From the IMG/VR virus record IMGVR_UViG_3300014204_000373: a DNA stretch of 39,232 nucleotides; one strand, written 5' to 3'. The translations under genes and the position numbers were made by a program. Below, piece by piece: positions 16,949-24,620 of this stretch (position 1 is its first letter; each line of letters opens with the position of its first letter). Origin of the DNA: a virus. The notes beneath the pieces are model-generated. The model saw nothing but the letters and a program-made list of their open reading frames with translations. It ran no database searches and was not told where the DNA came from.

Positions 16949-17782
16949 CTACTCTAGAATCATCGACAGGGGTTCAGTTGAGATCTTGAAGTCCACTCGT
17001 TGTTCGTACTTGACCGGGTGCTGAATGAAGGGGCCATCAAGGTACAGAATTCCGTCGCTGACCTTGGAGATGAGCCTGAAGCTTGTACCGTTCAAGAAAC
17101 ACCTCATAGACTCTCCAGAACCGTTGTAGGGCTCTCGGATGATAGCTTGAAGGCTCTTGTGCTCCGGTGGGTAATCGGTACCGCCTGCTGACTTCATGGC
17201 TCCGGTAGAGCCAGCGCCGGTCCCAACCCACAGACCCGAGCACCCGTAGCGAACCTTACCTAAGACAAATTTGGTCATAGCGGCAGGGCAAACGTGCGAG
17301 AATAGAGCCTCATTCAACACTCGATTCGAGACCACCTTACCCTCGACTAAGACCTGCAGTCGGGTGACCTTCTTGGTCATGCCCATGAAGCTTTTGACCT
17401 TCAGAAAGCCCTCGATGTCTGTTGCGTGAGCTGCGCAAAGGTAACCTGTTGAAGTCCTGGGGTCCGAGTTGACTCCGAGGATCGGAATACCAGCGGGGAC
17501 CTTGTGAGAGGCCGCAAGAAGTGTCCCGTCACCTCCGACTGTGATGACAAGCTTAGTGCTACTGGTGACTTTGAAGTCCTTTTCAGGCCCCCTAACTACT
17601 ACTACTTTTAGACCAAACTTCTCCAGAGCCTCGAGCACCTGATTGACCGACTTTACATGTCGTAGGTGAACTTTTCTAGCCCGGCAAACTGCAGGTAGGG
17701 CTACGCCTTTGAAGCCGTTAGTAGAGTGTAGTAACTGGTCCCATGTACTACGCTTCAGGACTACGATTACTTGTTCCTTCAT
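16949..17782 (-). CDS. nadK: NAD(+) kinase
   Basis: GGDGTLL motif, NEALFS motif and a Gly-rich GTGAGSTGAMKSAGG segment. AAGGAAGG SD. Confidence 0.8.
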   Translation of the reverse strand: MKEQVIVVLKRSTWDQLLHSTNGFKGVALPAVCRARKVHLRHVKSVNQVLEALEKFGLKVVVVRGPEKDFKVTSSTKLVITVGGDGTLLAASHKVPAGIPILGVNSDPRTSTGYLCAAHATDIEGFLKVKSFMGMTKKVTRLQVLVEGKVVSNRVLNEALFSHVCPAAMTKFVLGKVRYGCSGLWVGTGAGSTGAMKSAGGTDYPPEHKSLQAIIREPYNGSGESMRCFLNGTSFRLISKVSDGILYLDGPFIQHPVKYEQRVDFKISTEPLSMILE

Positions 17783-17993
17783 GGGCCTTCCTTGTATTTA
17801 CCCTAACCACCGCTTCTATCACTTCTATCGGCGCAACTCCAGTGGATATGTGAACGCTACCGCCGGATAACTTGACAATACAGTCGTACTCCCAGGTGAA
17901 TAGACAAGCCGCGAAGGTATCTCCGTCCTGTGCTTGCCATTCCCAGTCTTCCGGTAGCCTTGGCAGGTCGTACTCATCTCCCCAGGTGCTCAT
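17748..17993 (-). CDS. hypothetical acidic protein
   Basis: ATG at 17991-17993 (MSTWGDEYD...). It overlaps the nadK start. Confidence 0.35.
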   Translation of the reverse strand: MSTWGDEYDLPRLPEDWEWQAQDGDTFAACLFTWEYDCIVKLSGGSVHISTGVAPIEVIEAVVRVNTRKAHEGTSNRSPEA

Positions 17994-18018
17994 TGGCACC
18001 AATTACACCGAAGTTAGG

Positions 18019-18324
18019 TTACTTTTGGAGTTCCAGCTGGTGCCCCCAGAAATACGTGATTGGAATGTACGTTGGGGGGCCGTCGGCGCAGATTGGAATA
18101 GCTGGGTCCTTACCCTTGGGGCACTTGTCTTCCCAGAGTTGGATCAGGAGCTTCTGGTTCCTGTCATAGGCTGCTTGTTGCTGAGTAGCATGAGCATCCT
18201 CTTCTCGGTAGCGAGCGATCTGCTGCTCACGTCGTGCAGGGTCATTCTTGAAGGACTTGGTTCCAAGAACAAGTATGTTCACAAGTATAGATAGCCCTAA
18301 GGCTAGATTGATAAAGAACTTCAT
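18019..18324 (-). CDS. membrane-anchored coiled-coil protein (paralog 1; W.DKC...IC.DGPP motif)
   Basis: N-terminal TM helix, a helical region, then a conserved C-terminal WEDKCPKGKDPAIPICADGPP. ATGA overlap with paralog 2. Confidence 0.45.
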   Translation of the reverse strand: MKFFINLALGLSILVNILVLGTKSFKNDPARREQQIARYREEDAHATQQQAAYDRNQKLLIQLWEDKCPKGKDPAIPICADGPPTYIPITYFWGHQLELQK

Positions 18325-18623
18325 GGTACTACTTTCGGAGGTCCATCAATGCAGATCTGTATTTTGTTAGTCTGATCAGCTTCACACTTGTCCCGCCAGT
18401 ACTGGGATAGGATCAACCGGTTGTGCTCTTTGGCTAAGTGGCGCTCTTGAGTGAGCCTCAGCATATCCCGGTTGAACTCTTCTCGTTGCTTGTCCCCATT
18501 GGACTTCACAGCCTCAATCCGCAACTCCTTGACATTGGCATCATGGATTGGTTTTAGGTAATACATTGCTACCATTCCAACCGCAAACCCAAGAGAGAAC
18601 CAGGGCGCTGGGTAAATAGCCAT
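18321..18623 (-). CDS. membrane-anchored coiled-coil protein (paralog 2)
   Basis: Same architecture as paralog 1. C-terminal WRDKCEADQTNKIQICIDGPP. Possibly spanin-like or lysis-associated. Confidence 0.45.
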   Translation of the reverse strand: MAIYPAPWFSLGFAVGMVAMYYLKPIHDANVKELRIEAVKSNGDKQREEFNRDMLRLTQERHLAKEHNRLILSQYWRDKCEADQTNKIQICIDGPPKVVP

Positions 18624-18626
18624 AAA

Positions 18627-18818
18627 TCACCACGCTCTCCTGATGTCCGCCTTGTAGGTCTTTGAACCTTCAGGCAAGTCGGAGAGCTTAAGATCACTCT
18701 TCCACTCGCATGAGAAGTTTTTGCTATTCCTGCCCACATGCTCATTATGCGGAAATGTCTTCCAGCAAACTACATATTCTTGAGTCATTGAGTCATACTG
18801 TACGTGGTCACACATCAC
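18627..18818 (-). CDS. small hypothetical protein
   Basis: ORF track. ATGA overlap with the DUF262 gene. Confidence 0.3.
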   Translation of the reverse strand: MMCDHVQYDSMTQEYVVCWKTFPHNEHVGRNSKNFSCEWKSDLKLSDLPEGSKTYKADIRRAW

Positions 18819-19336
18819 AGTTCACCCTTTTCATGCGCGAGCATGATGCGCACCCGGTCAAGTTCTTCTTGGGTGTGCGGGGTCCCGCCGGCATTGATGT
18901 TCAGGTACAATTGCAAGATCTCAGCTCGGGTTTCAAGGCTGCAAACGCGCCACTTGAAACCCATGTGAAGTCTCATCCGGTCCGTGAACTCTGATTGGTA
19001 GTATCCATGGGCCTTGAACTCATCTCGGAGCCAGGCCCTAACAGCTTCAAGGCGTTGCTTACCGTCGACGATCTCGTAGGAACCAAGCTCGATAGAGGTA
19101 CCCCAACCTACTGCATTGAAGGTGAGGTTCTTACCAACCTCGCCACCTTGCATGACATACTCGACGTAGTCCTGCTGTTGTTGCTTGGACCACACGTGAG
19201 CTCGTTGGAAGTCAGGGTCGAGATTCAGGCCATCTTCATTGATGGCTGATTGGATGAAGCCCTCCAAGAAGTGCCAGTCGACATCGACCTCGTAGTGAGC
19301 GCGCGGGAGTAAGGGTATGTCTCGGAAACGGGCCAT
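18815..19336 (-). CDS. DUF262 / ParB-like nuclease-domain protein
   Basis: DPDFQR...VW and IVDGKQRL (the DGQQR-type motif of the GmrSD N-terminal / ParB-Srx fold). GAAGG SD before ATG 19334-19336. Confidence 0.6.
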   Translation of the reverse strand: MARFRDIPLLPRAHYEVDVDWHFLEGFIQSAINEDGLNLDPDFQRAHVWSKQQQQDYVEYVMQGGEVGKNLTFNAVGWGTSIELGSYEIVDGKQRLEAVRAWLRDEFKAHGYYQSEFTDRMRLHMGFKWRVCSLETRAEILQLYLNINAGGTPHTQEELDRVRIMLAHEKGEL

Positions 19337-19341
19337 AGTGT

Positions 19342-19518
19342 TCAACCTTCAACAAGGCTCAAGGCCTCAGAGATACTGCCGAACTGGATTTGCAAGGTGA
19401 TCTCGTAGGCAAGCTTCATCGAAACCGGCCGAACCACTTCTCGGAGTGCCGGAAGTGAGAATGACCGGGCTTCTTCAACCGTCCACCCAAGGGCTTTTGC
19501 AATTCGTTCGTGTAGCAT
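19342..19518 (-). CDS. small helical protein (59 aa), first gene after promoter-like element d
   Basis: The ATG at 19516-19518 is 5 nt downstream of CGCGCGTAATAA-GGTCC. The ORF track starts it further upstream. Confidence 0.45.
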   Translation of the reverse strand: MLHERIAKALGWTVEEARSFSLPALREVVRPVSMKLAYEITLQIQFGSISEALSLVEG

Positions 19519-19556
19519 GGACCTTATTACGCGCGAGGTGGGTAGAATCTCAATCA
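19519..19556 (-). promoter_or_regulatory. promoter-like element d (ATTGAGATTCTACCCACCTCGCGCGTAATAA-GGTCC-ATG)
   Basis: One of three near-identical copies (d, f, h). It ends 5 nt before the ATG of 19342..19518. Confidence 0.5.
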
Positions 19557-19882
19557 GTTTCCTTCTTAGTTTCTCCAATAGCTGCCAGGATCTCGGTACA
19601 TTGAGCGTTGAAGGCTTCCAACTTCTTCTTGGCCCGTCGAACTTCTTGCTCGATATCCTGCCTCATGGAGCTCAATGTTTCCTCAATGACGGACGGTAGC
19701 TCGCCAGCATGTTCTACGCTATTGCACCCTTTGGGGTACTGGACAATGGCCACCGCCTTGTTGTCTTTCCACCCAGGGAGGATCTTGAGCTTGAGTCCTT
19801 GGTCACCCCTTCCTTCGTACGTGTAAGAGGACCCATCTCCGGTGAGCACGAGATTACCGACCCTCATTGTATGCTCAGGCAT
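19550..19882 (-). CDS. hypothetical protein
   Basis: AGAGGAAA SD before the ATG at 19880-19882. Confidence 0.5.
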   Translation of the reverse strand: MPEHTMRVGNLVLTGDGSSYTYEGRGDQGLKLKILPGWKDNKAVAIVQYPKGCNSVEHAGELPSVIEETLSSMRQDIEQEVRRAKKKLEAFNAQCTEILAAIGETKKETD

Positions 19883-20480
19883 GGGTTTCCTCTTTCGGTA
19901 GGGCTTCAACGATCTTTACAACCCCTTGCAGGCGATCCGCATTGAGTCCTTGAGTAACCCCTACTAGTTCGACGATCGCCCGTACGCGCGCTTCGGTAAG
20001 CCCCTGGAGGCGTACACTAAAAAGGCACTCAGTCTGTGACATAGGGGTGATTAGGTCTGCGTACTCAGGCAGATCCTCTCGGAGTCGACCAAGGGATGCC
20101 ATGACTTCTCGACGTTTTTGCTCGTTCTCAGCCCGGCGCTCTTGCATCCGTTTGAACCAGCTGTTCTGCCGTAGGGCTTCCTCGAATAGCTCTTGGCCAA
20201 AGTCTTCCAGATCCTCTTGCATGACCACCCCTCGGTAGAGGATCTCATCATCGGGCTCCATTCGAATTGTGTCGAAGGACACTACGAGAACACCCTTGTC
20301 AACCCCTTCAGTGATTGTCATCGCCCGGTATATCTCAGGATCTTCAGTGACCGTGAGGCTGAACCAGTACCAGTTTTGATTCTTCTCAGACTTTATTCCG
20401 GCTCCTTCGAGCTTTGCTTGGAGAGACAGGATGATGTCTTGGGCTCTGGTTTCGGCTTCTGGGCTGCTGTAATGGGTCAT
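19875..20480 (-). CDS. hypothetical protein
   Basis: GAGGAAG SD ~10 nt before the ATG (MTHYSS...). Confidence 0.5.
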   Translation of the reverse strand: MTHYSSPEAETRAQDIILSLQAKLEGAGIKSEKNQNWYWFSLTVTEDPEIYRAMTITEGVDKGVLVVSFDTIRMEPDDEILYRGVVMQEDLEDFGQELFEEALRQNSWFKRMQERRAENEQKRREVMASLGRLREDLPEYADLITPMSQTECLFSVRLQGLTEARVRAIVELVGVTQGLNADRLQGVVKIVEALPKEETHA

Positions 20481-20784
20481 CAGGGTGTTCTTCCTCAGTT
20501 GGTACAATGGGTGCTGGTGGATAGTCTCTGTCTGTACCTCGAGCTATCTGTCCAAAGGTGGGTCGACAAGCAATCTTCTCGCGCCTACACCAGACTTCCT
20601 TCGTCGGTACATCCGATGGGTTTCCACGAGCCGCGCATTGAGGACAACACGCTACCTGCTGACCAGGCTTGCGATCAGAGAGTGCAGTCCACCACGGAGT
20701 GGCCCCTCGACAAAAACAACACACCTCAGACTCTGTATTCTGAGTCAGGTCATCGTCGGGCTCTTTTTGGATGGTGATCGGCAT
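20386..20784 (-). CDS. Cys-rich (CCFCRG...CCPQCAARG) zinc-finger-like protein, first gene after element e
   Basis: ATG 11 nt downstream of GCGTAATAC. The 3' part overlaps the next gene by ~95 nt. Confidence 0.4.
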   Translation of the reverse strand: MPITIQKEPDDDLTQNTESEVCCFCRGATPWWTALSDRKPGQQVACCPQCAARGNPSDVPTKEVWCRREKIACRPTFGQIARGTDRDYPPAPIVPTEEEHPDDPLQQPRSRNQSPRHHPVSPSKARRSRNKV

Positions 20785-20826
20785 GTACTCGTGGAGTATT
20801 ACGCATGAGTAAGTAACTTCTCAAGG
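20785..20826 (-). promoter_or_regulatory. promoter-like element e (CTTGAGAAG-N17-GCGTAATAC, 11 nt to the ATG)
   Basis: Family member upstream of 20386..20784. Confidence 0.4.
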
Positions 20827-20860
20827 GATTAGTTGAGAAAGTACGAGACCGAACGAAAGG

Positions 20861-21028
20861 TCAGCGCTTACCATCGACTGCATGAAGCTCACTGAGGAGC
20901 TTGTCCGCCAATCCTAGCTTACCTACCCGGCGAGCCCAGTTGATCTTGCGCAGCAGTTCTAAGCAGATCCCTAGCTTTACCGAGTAAGACTTCTCTTCAG
21001 GTTGCTGGGTAGGTTGTGTGGTATTCAT
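20861..21028 (-). CDS. small helical protein (55 aa)
   Basis: Not in the ORF track (under 60 aa). ATGA overlap with the stop of 21025..21369. Translation MNTTQPTQQPEEKSYSVKLGICLELLRKINWARRVGKLGLADKLLSELHAVDGKR. Confidence 0.3.
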   Translation of the reverse strand: MNTTQPTQQPEEKSYSVKLGICLELLRKINWARRVGKLGLADKLLSELHAVDGKR

Positions 21029-21369
21029 TGCTCACTCGCCACGCATGGCGTCACTTCAAGGGGGTACTTTAGAGAAGGCCAGTCCATTAATCGAGCCAGG
21101 TACCCAAGCTTGGAGCCCAGATCCATGTAAGCTTGTGCATACTTAGGGCGGCCTTTGGGGAAGACCCAGATGGAGTAGTTTGGTGGCTCACTCAAGGTCA
21201 GGACAGGTGTTGGAGCACCTTCATAGGGTATGCCTCGGAGGATTGTGAAGTCGAGTGATCCTCCGAACAAATCAGCGGCCAGGTAGATGAACTCCTGAGC
21301 CTTGTCGAAGTACTCGACTGACACGAACAAACCACCGTGCTCTCGAACATCAAATTCTACTTTGGGCAT
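21025..21369 (-). CDS. hypothetical protein
   Basis: ORF track. The upstream stop lies 2 nt before its ATG. Confidence 0.5.
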   Translation of the reverse strand: MPKVEFDVREHGGLFVSVEYFDKAQEFIYLAADLFGGSLDFTILRGIPYEGAPTPVLTLSEPPNYSIWVFPKGRPKYAQAYMDLGSKLGYLARLMDWPSLKYPLEVTPCVASEQ

Positions 21370-21371
21370 GG

Positions 21372-21638
21372 TTATATCTCGAAGTTACCAAGTAGTTTCT
21401 TGACCTTCTTCAGGTTAGCAATCAAGTCTTCTCGTGCGGCCTTCTCAGTCTTACCAGTGCCCCCAATGGTTGGACTTCCGAGAGGTAGTTGCACGGTGAA
21501 GCTCCAAGAGTCCTCCCCAAATTTGTTCAAGGTGATCTGAACATCACTACGGTTGTACCCGTTGATCCACATGTCAACCTTGGGTTCCTTCTTAAGCGTC
21601 CACCCTAAGACGTACTTGGTATCTGCTTCACTGGGCAT
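21372..21638 (-). CDS. HicB-like (UPF0150) domain protein
   Basis: SFTVQLPLGSPTIGGTGKTEKAAREDLIANLKKV resembles the HicB/UPF0150 core. GGAGGTG SD before the ATG (MPSEAD...). Confidence 0.4.
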   Translation of the reverse strand: MPSEADTKYVLGWTLKKEPKVDMWINGYNRSDVQITLNKFGEDSWSFTVQLPLGSPTIGGTGKTEKAAREDLIANLKKVKKLLGNFEI

Positions 21639-21933
21639 GACAGCACACCTCCGGTGGCAACCCCAGGTCACGACAACGCACCGTGGTGCTGCAGAGCAAG
21701 GGTGTTTGAACCCAACTCGGACCGAAACTCCCCGGCTCGACCCAACACTCGGCTAGCTCTAGGTAGCAGTTGGTCTCATGGTGACAGTAGACTTGAGAAG
21801 TGAACGAGGTCTCTGCCAAGTATCCAGCATTGGATACTGAGTTGGGAGACATGAGGATTTCGGAGGGTAGGTCTCCGAGACCTAGAGCTATTACGACCGG
21901 AGGGATGTACCCGCACAAGAACCACGGTAGCAT
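21628..21933 (-). CDS. possible Cys-rich membrane protein
   Basis: ORF track with the ATG at 21931. Hydrophobic N-terminus. No SD. Coding status uncertain. Confidence 0.25.
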   Translation of the reverse strand: MLPWFLCGYIPPVVIALGLGDLPSEILMSPNSVSNAGYLAETSFTSQVYCHHETNCYLELAECWVEPGSFGPSWVQTPLLCSTTVRCRDLGLPPEVCCHAQ

Positions 21934-21970
21934 GGCCGTCAAAGCTACCGTGGTTGAGGACCATTGTCAA

Positions 21971-22477
21971 TTAGGCTGATTGTTCCAAGGAGAATCCGCC
22001 ACACTCCGGACAATGGCAGTCATGTTCCTTGCTCGAGTACTTGGACCATTCTTCCGGGTAAGGGATGAGGAAAGACCAGTACAAGACTTCAATGAGGCCG
22101 GCCCGGCTCGGGTGCGGGTCCCAGATTAGTTCGCCATAGCGCGCGATGACAACGTGATTCTCTCTGCTCTTGATTGTCCTGGCCGTCTTGCCGGACATGA
22201 AGTGAATTCCCGGTGACTTCACCTCTAAGGCACCCATGAAGTACGGAGCTAGGCTTATGTAGGACAGCCCGTGATGCTTTCTCAGGTAAGCCCCAAGCTC
22301 ATTCTGGTAGAAGGGCTCCTTGCGCGTCCACGTTCCACTCTCTTCCGGGTTTGGCTTGTCCCAGAGGTCACATACAGTCTGATCTGGTAGGATCTCAGGA
22401 GAGACTTCAAGGACGGAGGCTACCGCTGTTTGCCAACAATTCCCGTGCACAACATTGGTTTGGGTGTACTCAATCAT
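21971..22477 (-). CDS. Cys/His peptidase-like protein (GNCWQT ... HVVIA)
   Basis: A candidate nucleophile Cys in the NCW context and a downstream His. GAGGA lies before the ATG (MIEYTQ...). Confidence 0.45.
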   Translation of the reverse strand: MIEYTQTNVVHGNCWQTAVASVLEVSPEILPDQTVCDLWDKPNPEESGTWTRKEPFYQNELGAYLRKHHGLSYISLAPYFMGALEVKSPGIHFMSGKTARTIKSRENHVVIARYGELIWDPHPSRAGLIEVLYWSFLIPYPEEWSKYSSKEHDCHCPECGGFSLEQSA

Positions 22478-22494
22478 CGTCCTCAATGTACACC

Positions 22495-22525
22495 AGGGGT
22501 AACCATTATAGTAATGGTTACCCCT
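22495..22525. promoter_or_regulatory. 14-bp perfect palindrome AGGGGTAACCATTA-tag-TAATGGTTACCCCT between two minus-strand genes
   Basis: Read directly. No U-tract, so it is more operator-like than terminator-like. Confidence 0.45.
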
Positions 22526-22542
22526 ATGTGATCTGGTCGTTA

Positions 22543-22953
22543 CTACTTGACCGCAAGCAACGATTGAGATGACCGGGTTCTCAGAGTCGACTCGAGGCTA
22601 CTAACTGCTGAGCGCATTGAGGCGACCGGGCTGATCTTCAATTGGGTTTCAACGCCAACTGCAAGTTGACTTGTTGCCGCTTCAATCTCTTCAATAGTGT
22701 CTGTAATGTTCAACAGATTCTCACCGATCTCAATAACTGCCGCCAGCAAAACTTCTGAGAACTCCTCGAACTGAGGAGTGAACCGTTGGGTTCCATTTAA
22801 CGGGGCCAAAGTGGACTTCAAAACCCCATCTTGAGTAATCTCGAAGTGAGTTACAGATTCGGAAAGTCTGGTCTGGGCGAGAGTCGCTTTTTGAATCAGT
22901 TCCGGGAGTAGCTTGAGTATCTGAGCTTGATTCTGGCTTGTGGTTTGTTTCAT
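22543..22953 (-). CDS. helical hypothetical protein
   Basis: GGGGGA SD 5 nt before the ATG. About 60 nt downstream of promoter-like element f. Confidence 0.5.
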   Translation of the reverse strand: MKQTTSQNQAQILKLLPELIQKATLAQTRLSESVTHFEITQDGVLKSTLAPLNGTQRFTPQFEEFSEVLLAAVIEIGENLLNITDTIEEIEAATSQLAVGVETQLKISPVASMRSAVSSLESTLRTRSSQSLLAVK

Positions 22954-23010
22954 TCTTGTCCCCCTAGTGGGTGCGTATTACCAACCTCGAGAGTATCGAG
23001 GTCTTTGGTC

Positions 23011-23045
23011 TATATTACGCGCGAGGGGTTGTAGAACTCAACAGG
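23011..23045 (-). promoter_or_regulatory. promoter-like element f (GTTGAGTTCTACAACCCCTCGCGCGTAATAT)
   Basis: Near-identical to d and h. About 60 nt upstream of 22543..22953, with a 7-bp hairpin and a GGGGGA SD in between. Confidence 0.45.
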
Positions 23046-23059
23046 TCAAGTCAAAAGAG

Positions 23060-23398
23060 TCATACATTGTGGGCAAACCCAACCCTAACCATTGGATATT
23101 GTTGAGTTCCGTCATCGGGCCCTCCCTCCTTACAGACCACTTGTGCCTCAGCTCCGATCCTTTCGAGCTCTTGTTGTAGAACCTCAGCCTCTAGTTCATT
23201 CGAGTTGAGAAGTTGGAGGGGTATCCTCACGGCCATTACTTCAGCCAGTGAGTAGACAAATCTTTGACGCAGGTACTGGCGCACTCTGTTCGGCGTAGGG
23301 CCAAAGGATATCAGCGTCACGTGGTATTCATCCATGTAGTCAACAAAGTACGAACATTCGTGAATCTCGATAGGATCTGGTGGTTCTTCGGGGGTCAT
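23060..23398 (-). CDS. hypothetical protein
   Basis: ORF track. ATGA overlap with the tagged gene F. Confidence 0.5.
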   Translation of the reverse strand: MTPEEPPDPIEIHECSYFVDYMDEYHVTLISFGPTPNRVRQYLRQRFVYSLAEVMAVRIPLQLLNSNELEAEVLQQELERIGAEAQVVCKEGGPDDGTQQYPMVRVGFAHNV

Positions 23399-23646
23399 AT
23401 CACCGGGTCCCTCTCGTATCGAGTTCTCACTGCGGATCTCCTCTTGATGTCGAGGTTCACCGCTACAATGAAGTCCCTCTTGGTCTTGAACTCAGCTCGA
23501 ATATCCGAACTATCGTTCCAGATAGCCGTGAACAACTCCGTGAACAAGTTGAGGGTGATGTCTTGAGCAGACTTGCCCGAGATACCATTGTCTTCTAATA
23601 TCCCTTCGACCGCCTCGATGAACTTGAGGAAGCGCAACCGATTCAT
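23395..23646 (-). CDS. small protein with the C-terminal tag ...RTRYERDPVI (paralog of the next gene)
   Basis: ORF track. Core TAIWNDSSDIRAEFKTKRDF is paralogous to RAAWDNSDDLKARFKTYDNF. Confidence 0.55.
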   Translation of the reverse strand: MNRLRFLKFIEAVEGILEDNGISGKSAQDITLNLFTELFTAIWNDSSDIRAEFKTKRDFIVAVNLDIKRRSAVRTRYERDPVI

Positions 23647-23915
23647 ATCACCGGATCTCGTTCGTATCGGCTCTTGATCCTAGTCACTGCAGGTTTTGAA
23701 TCAGGGTCTACGAGTCGTGTCCTGATAACGTGTACCCTGAAGTTGTCGTATGTCTTGAACCTTGCCTTGAGATCATCACTGTTGTCCCAGGCCGCCCTAA
23801 TAACCCTATCAAGCACTGAGATGACGGTGGTTTCGGCAACATCACTACTGATGTTGTCCTCCTTCATAGCACTCATCACCGAAGTGACTAGCTTGATGTA
23901 GGATGAGTTAGCCAT
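23643..23915 (-). CDS. small protein with the C-terminal tag ...KSRYERDPVI (paralog of the previous gene)
   Basis: Start placed at MANSSY (23913-23915). The ORF track gives 23990. Confidence 0.5.
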   Translation of the reverse strand: MANSSYIKLVTSVMSAMKEDNISSDVAETTVISVLDRVIRAAWDNSDDLKARFKTYDNFRVHVIRTRLVDPDSKPAVTRIKSRYERDPVI

Positions 23916-24171
23916 GGCCCGTATAGAACTCCCAAGACTCTTGCTCTTCACTCCAACACCAACCAAGCTTCTTGAGATGCTTGACCTCATCGGTCGTGAA
24001 GGACAAGTCTCTTTCGGGGCTGTCTAGAGGTCCAACGTAGACCCCCTTGTCAAGTCCAATCAAGGTGACCTTCGGGTTGTGTTTCTGGATAATCAGAATC
24101 CCTTGTAGGATCTTGCGGACTTGCTTTTCAGCAGGAGATCCTGGCTTGTTGTCTTCAGGAAGAGTGTTCAT
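23908..24171 (-). CDS. hypothetical protein
   Basis: ORF track. ATGA overlap with 24168..24620. Confidence 0.4.
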   Translation of the reverse strand: MNTLPEDNKPGSPAEKQVRKILQGILIIQKHNPKVTLIGLDKGVYVGPLDSPERDLSFTTDEVKHLKKLGWCWSEEQESWEFYTGHG

Positions 24172-24620
24172 GGGAGGACTAACTCCATCGGTAGCTGATT
24201 GGCGTCACAGAGGGCTTGGACTCGCTCTGGGACCCCGCAGGTGATGTTCTTCATTGGGTAGGTCGTGTAACCAAGTCCAATATGAACCCAATGCATAGTT
24301 TTCGTAGGTTCAGGATCAATGTGACTCATCAACCCACCTCGTATGAACCCGTAGAACTGGGCTCGTCCTTGATTCGGTAGCACCCCCTGCCAGGCAACAT
24401 AGAGGCTCTTCATAAGCCTTGTAATCTCATCCTTGACGTTACTTGGGTGTTGAGTGTTCGCTGACACCTCTACGAATTTGAATAAGACAGTGGTCTTATT
24501 CCGCTTGAATAGAATGTCGTGACCGTTCTCGCTTAGTAGCAAGAACGGTACTCCTGCATCCTTCTCGAGGATTGGAAAATCGGAGTCCTGCTTAACCCAG
24601 AACGCTGGAATAGTGATCAT
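24168..24620 (-). CDS. hypothetical protein
   Basis: ORF track. Confidence 0.5.
   Translation of the reverse strand: MITIPAFWVKQDSDFPILEKDAGVPFLLLSENGHDILFKRNKTTVLFKFVEVSANTQHPSNVKDEITRLMKSLYVAWQGVLPNQGRAQFYGFIRGGLMSHIDPEPTKTMHWVHIGLGYTTYPMKNITCGVPERVQALCDANQLPMELVLP

Noticed and set aside
22961-22990. GGTAATACGCACCCACTAGGGGGACAAGA upstream of 22543..22953 superficially resembles a T7-class promoter (TAATACGACTCACTATAGGGAGA).
   Set aside because: Only the TAATACG heptamer matches. The rest diverges. The sequence is better explained as a partial copy of the GCGTAATA element plus a GGGGGA Shine-Dalgarno site.
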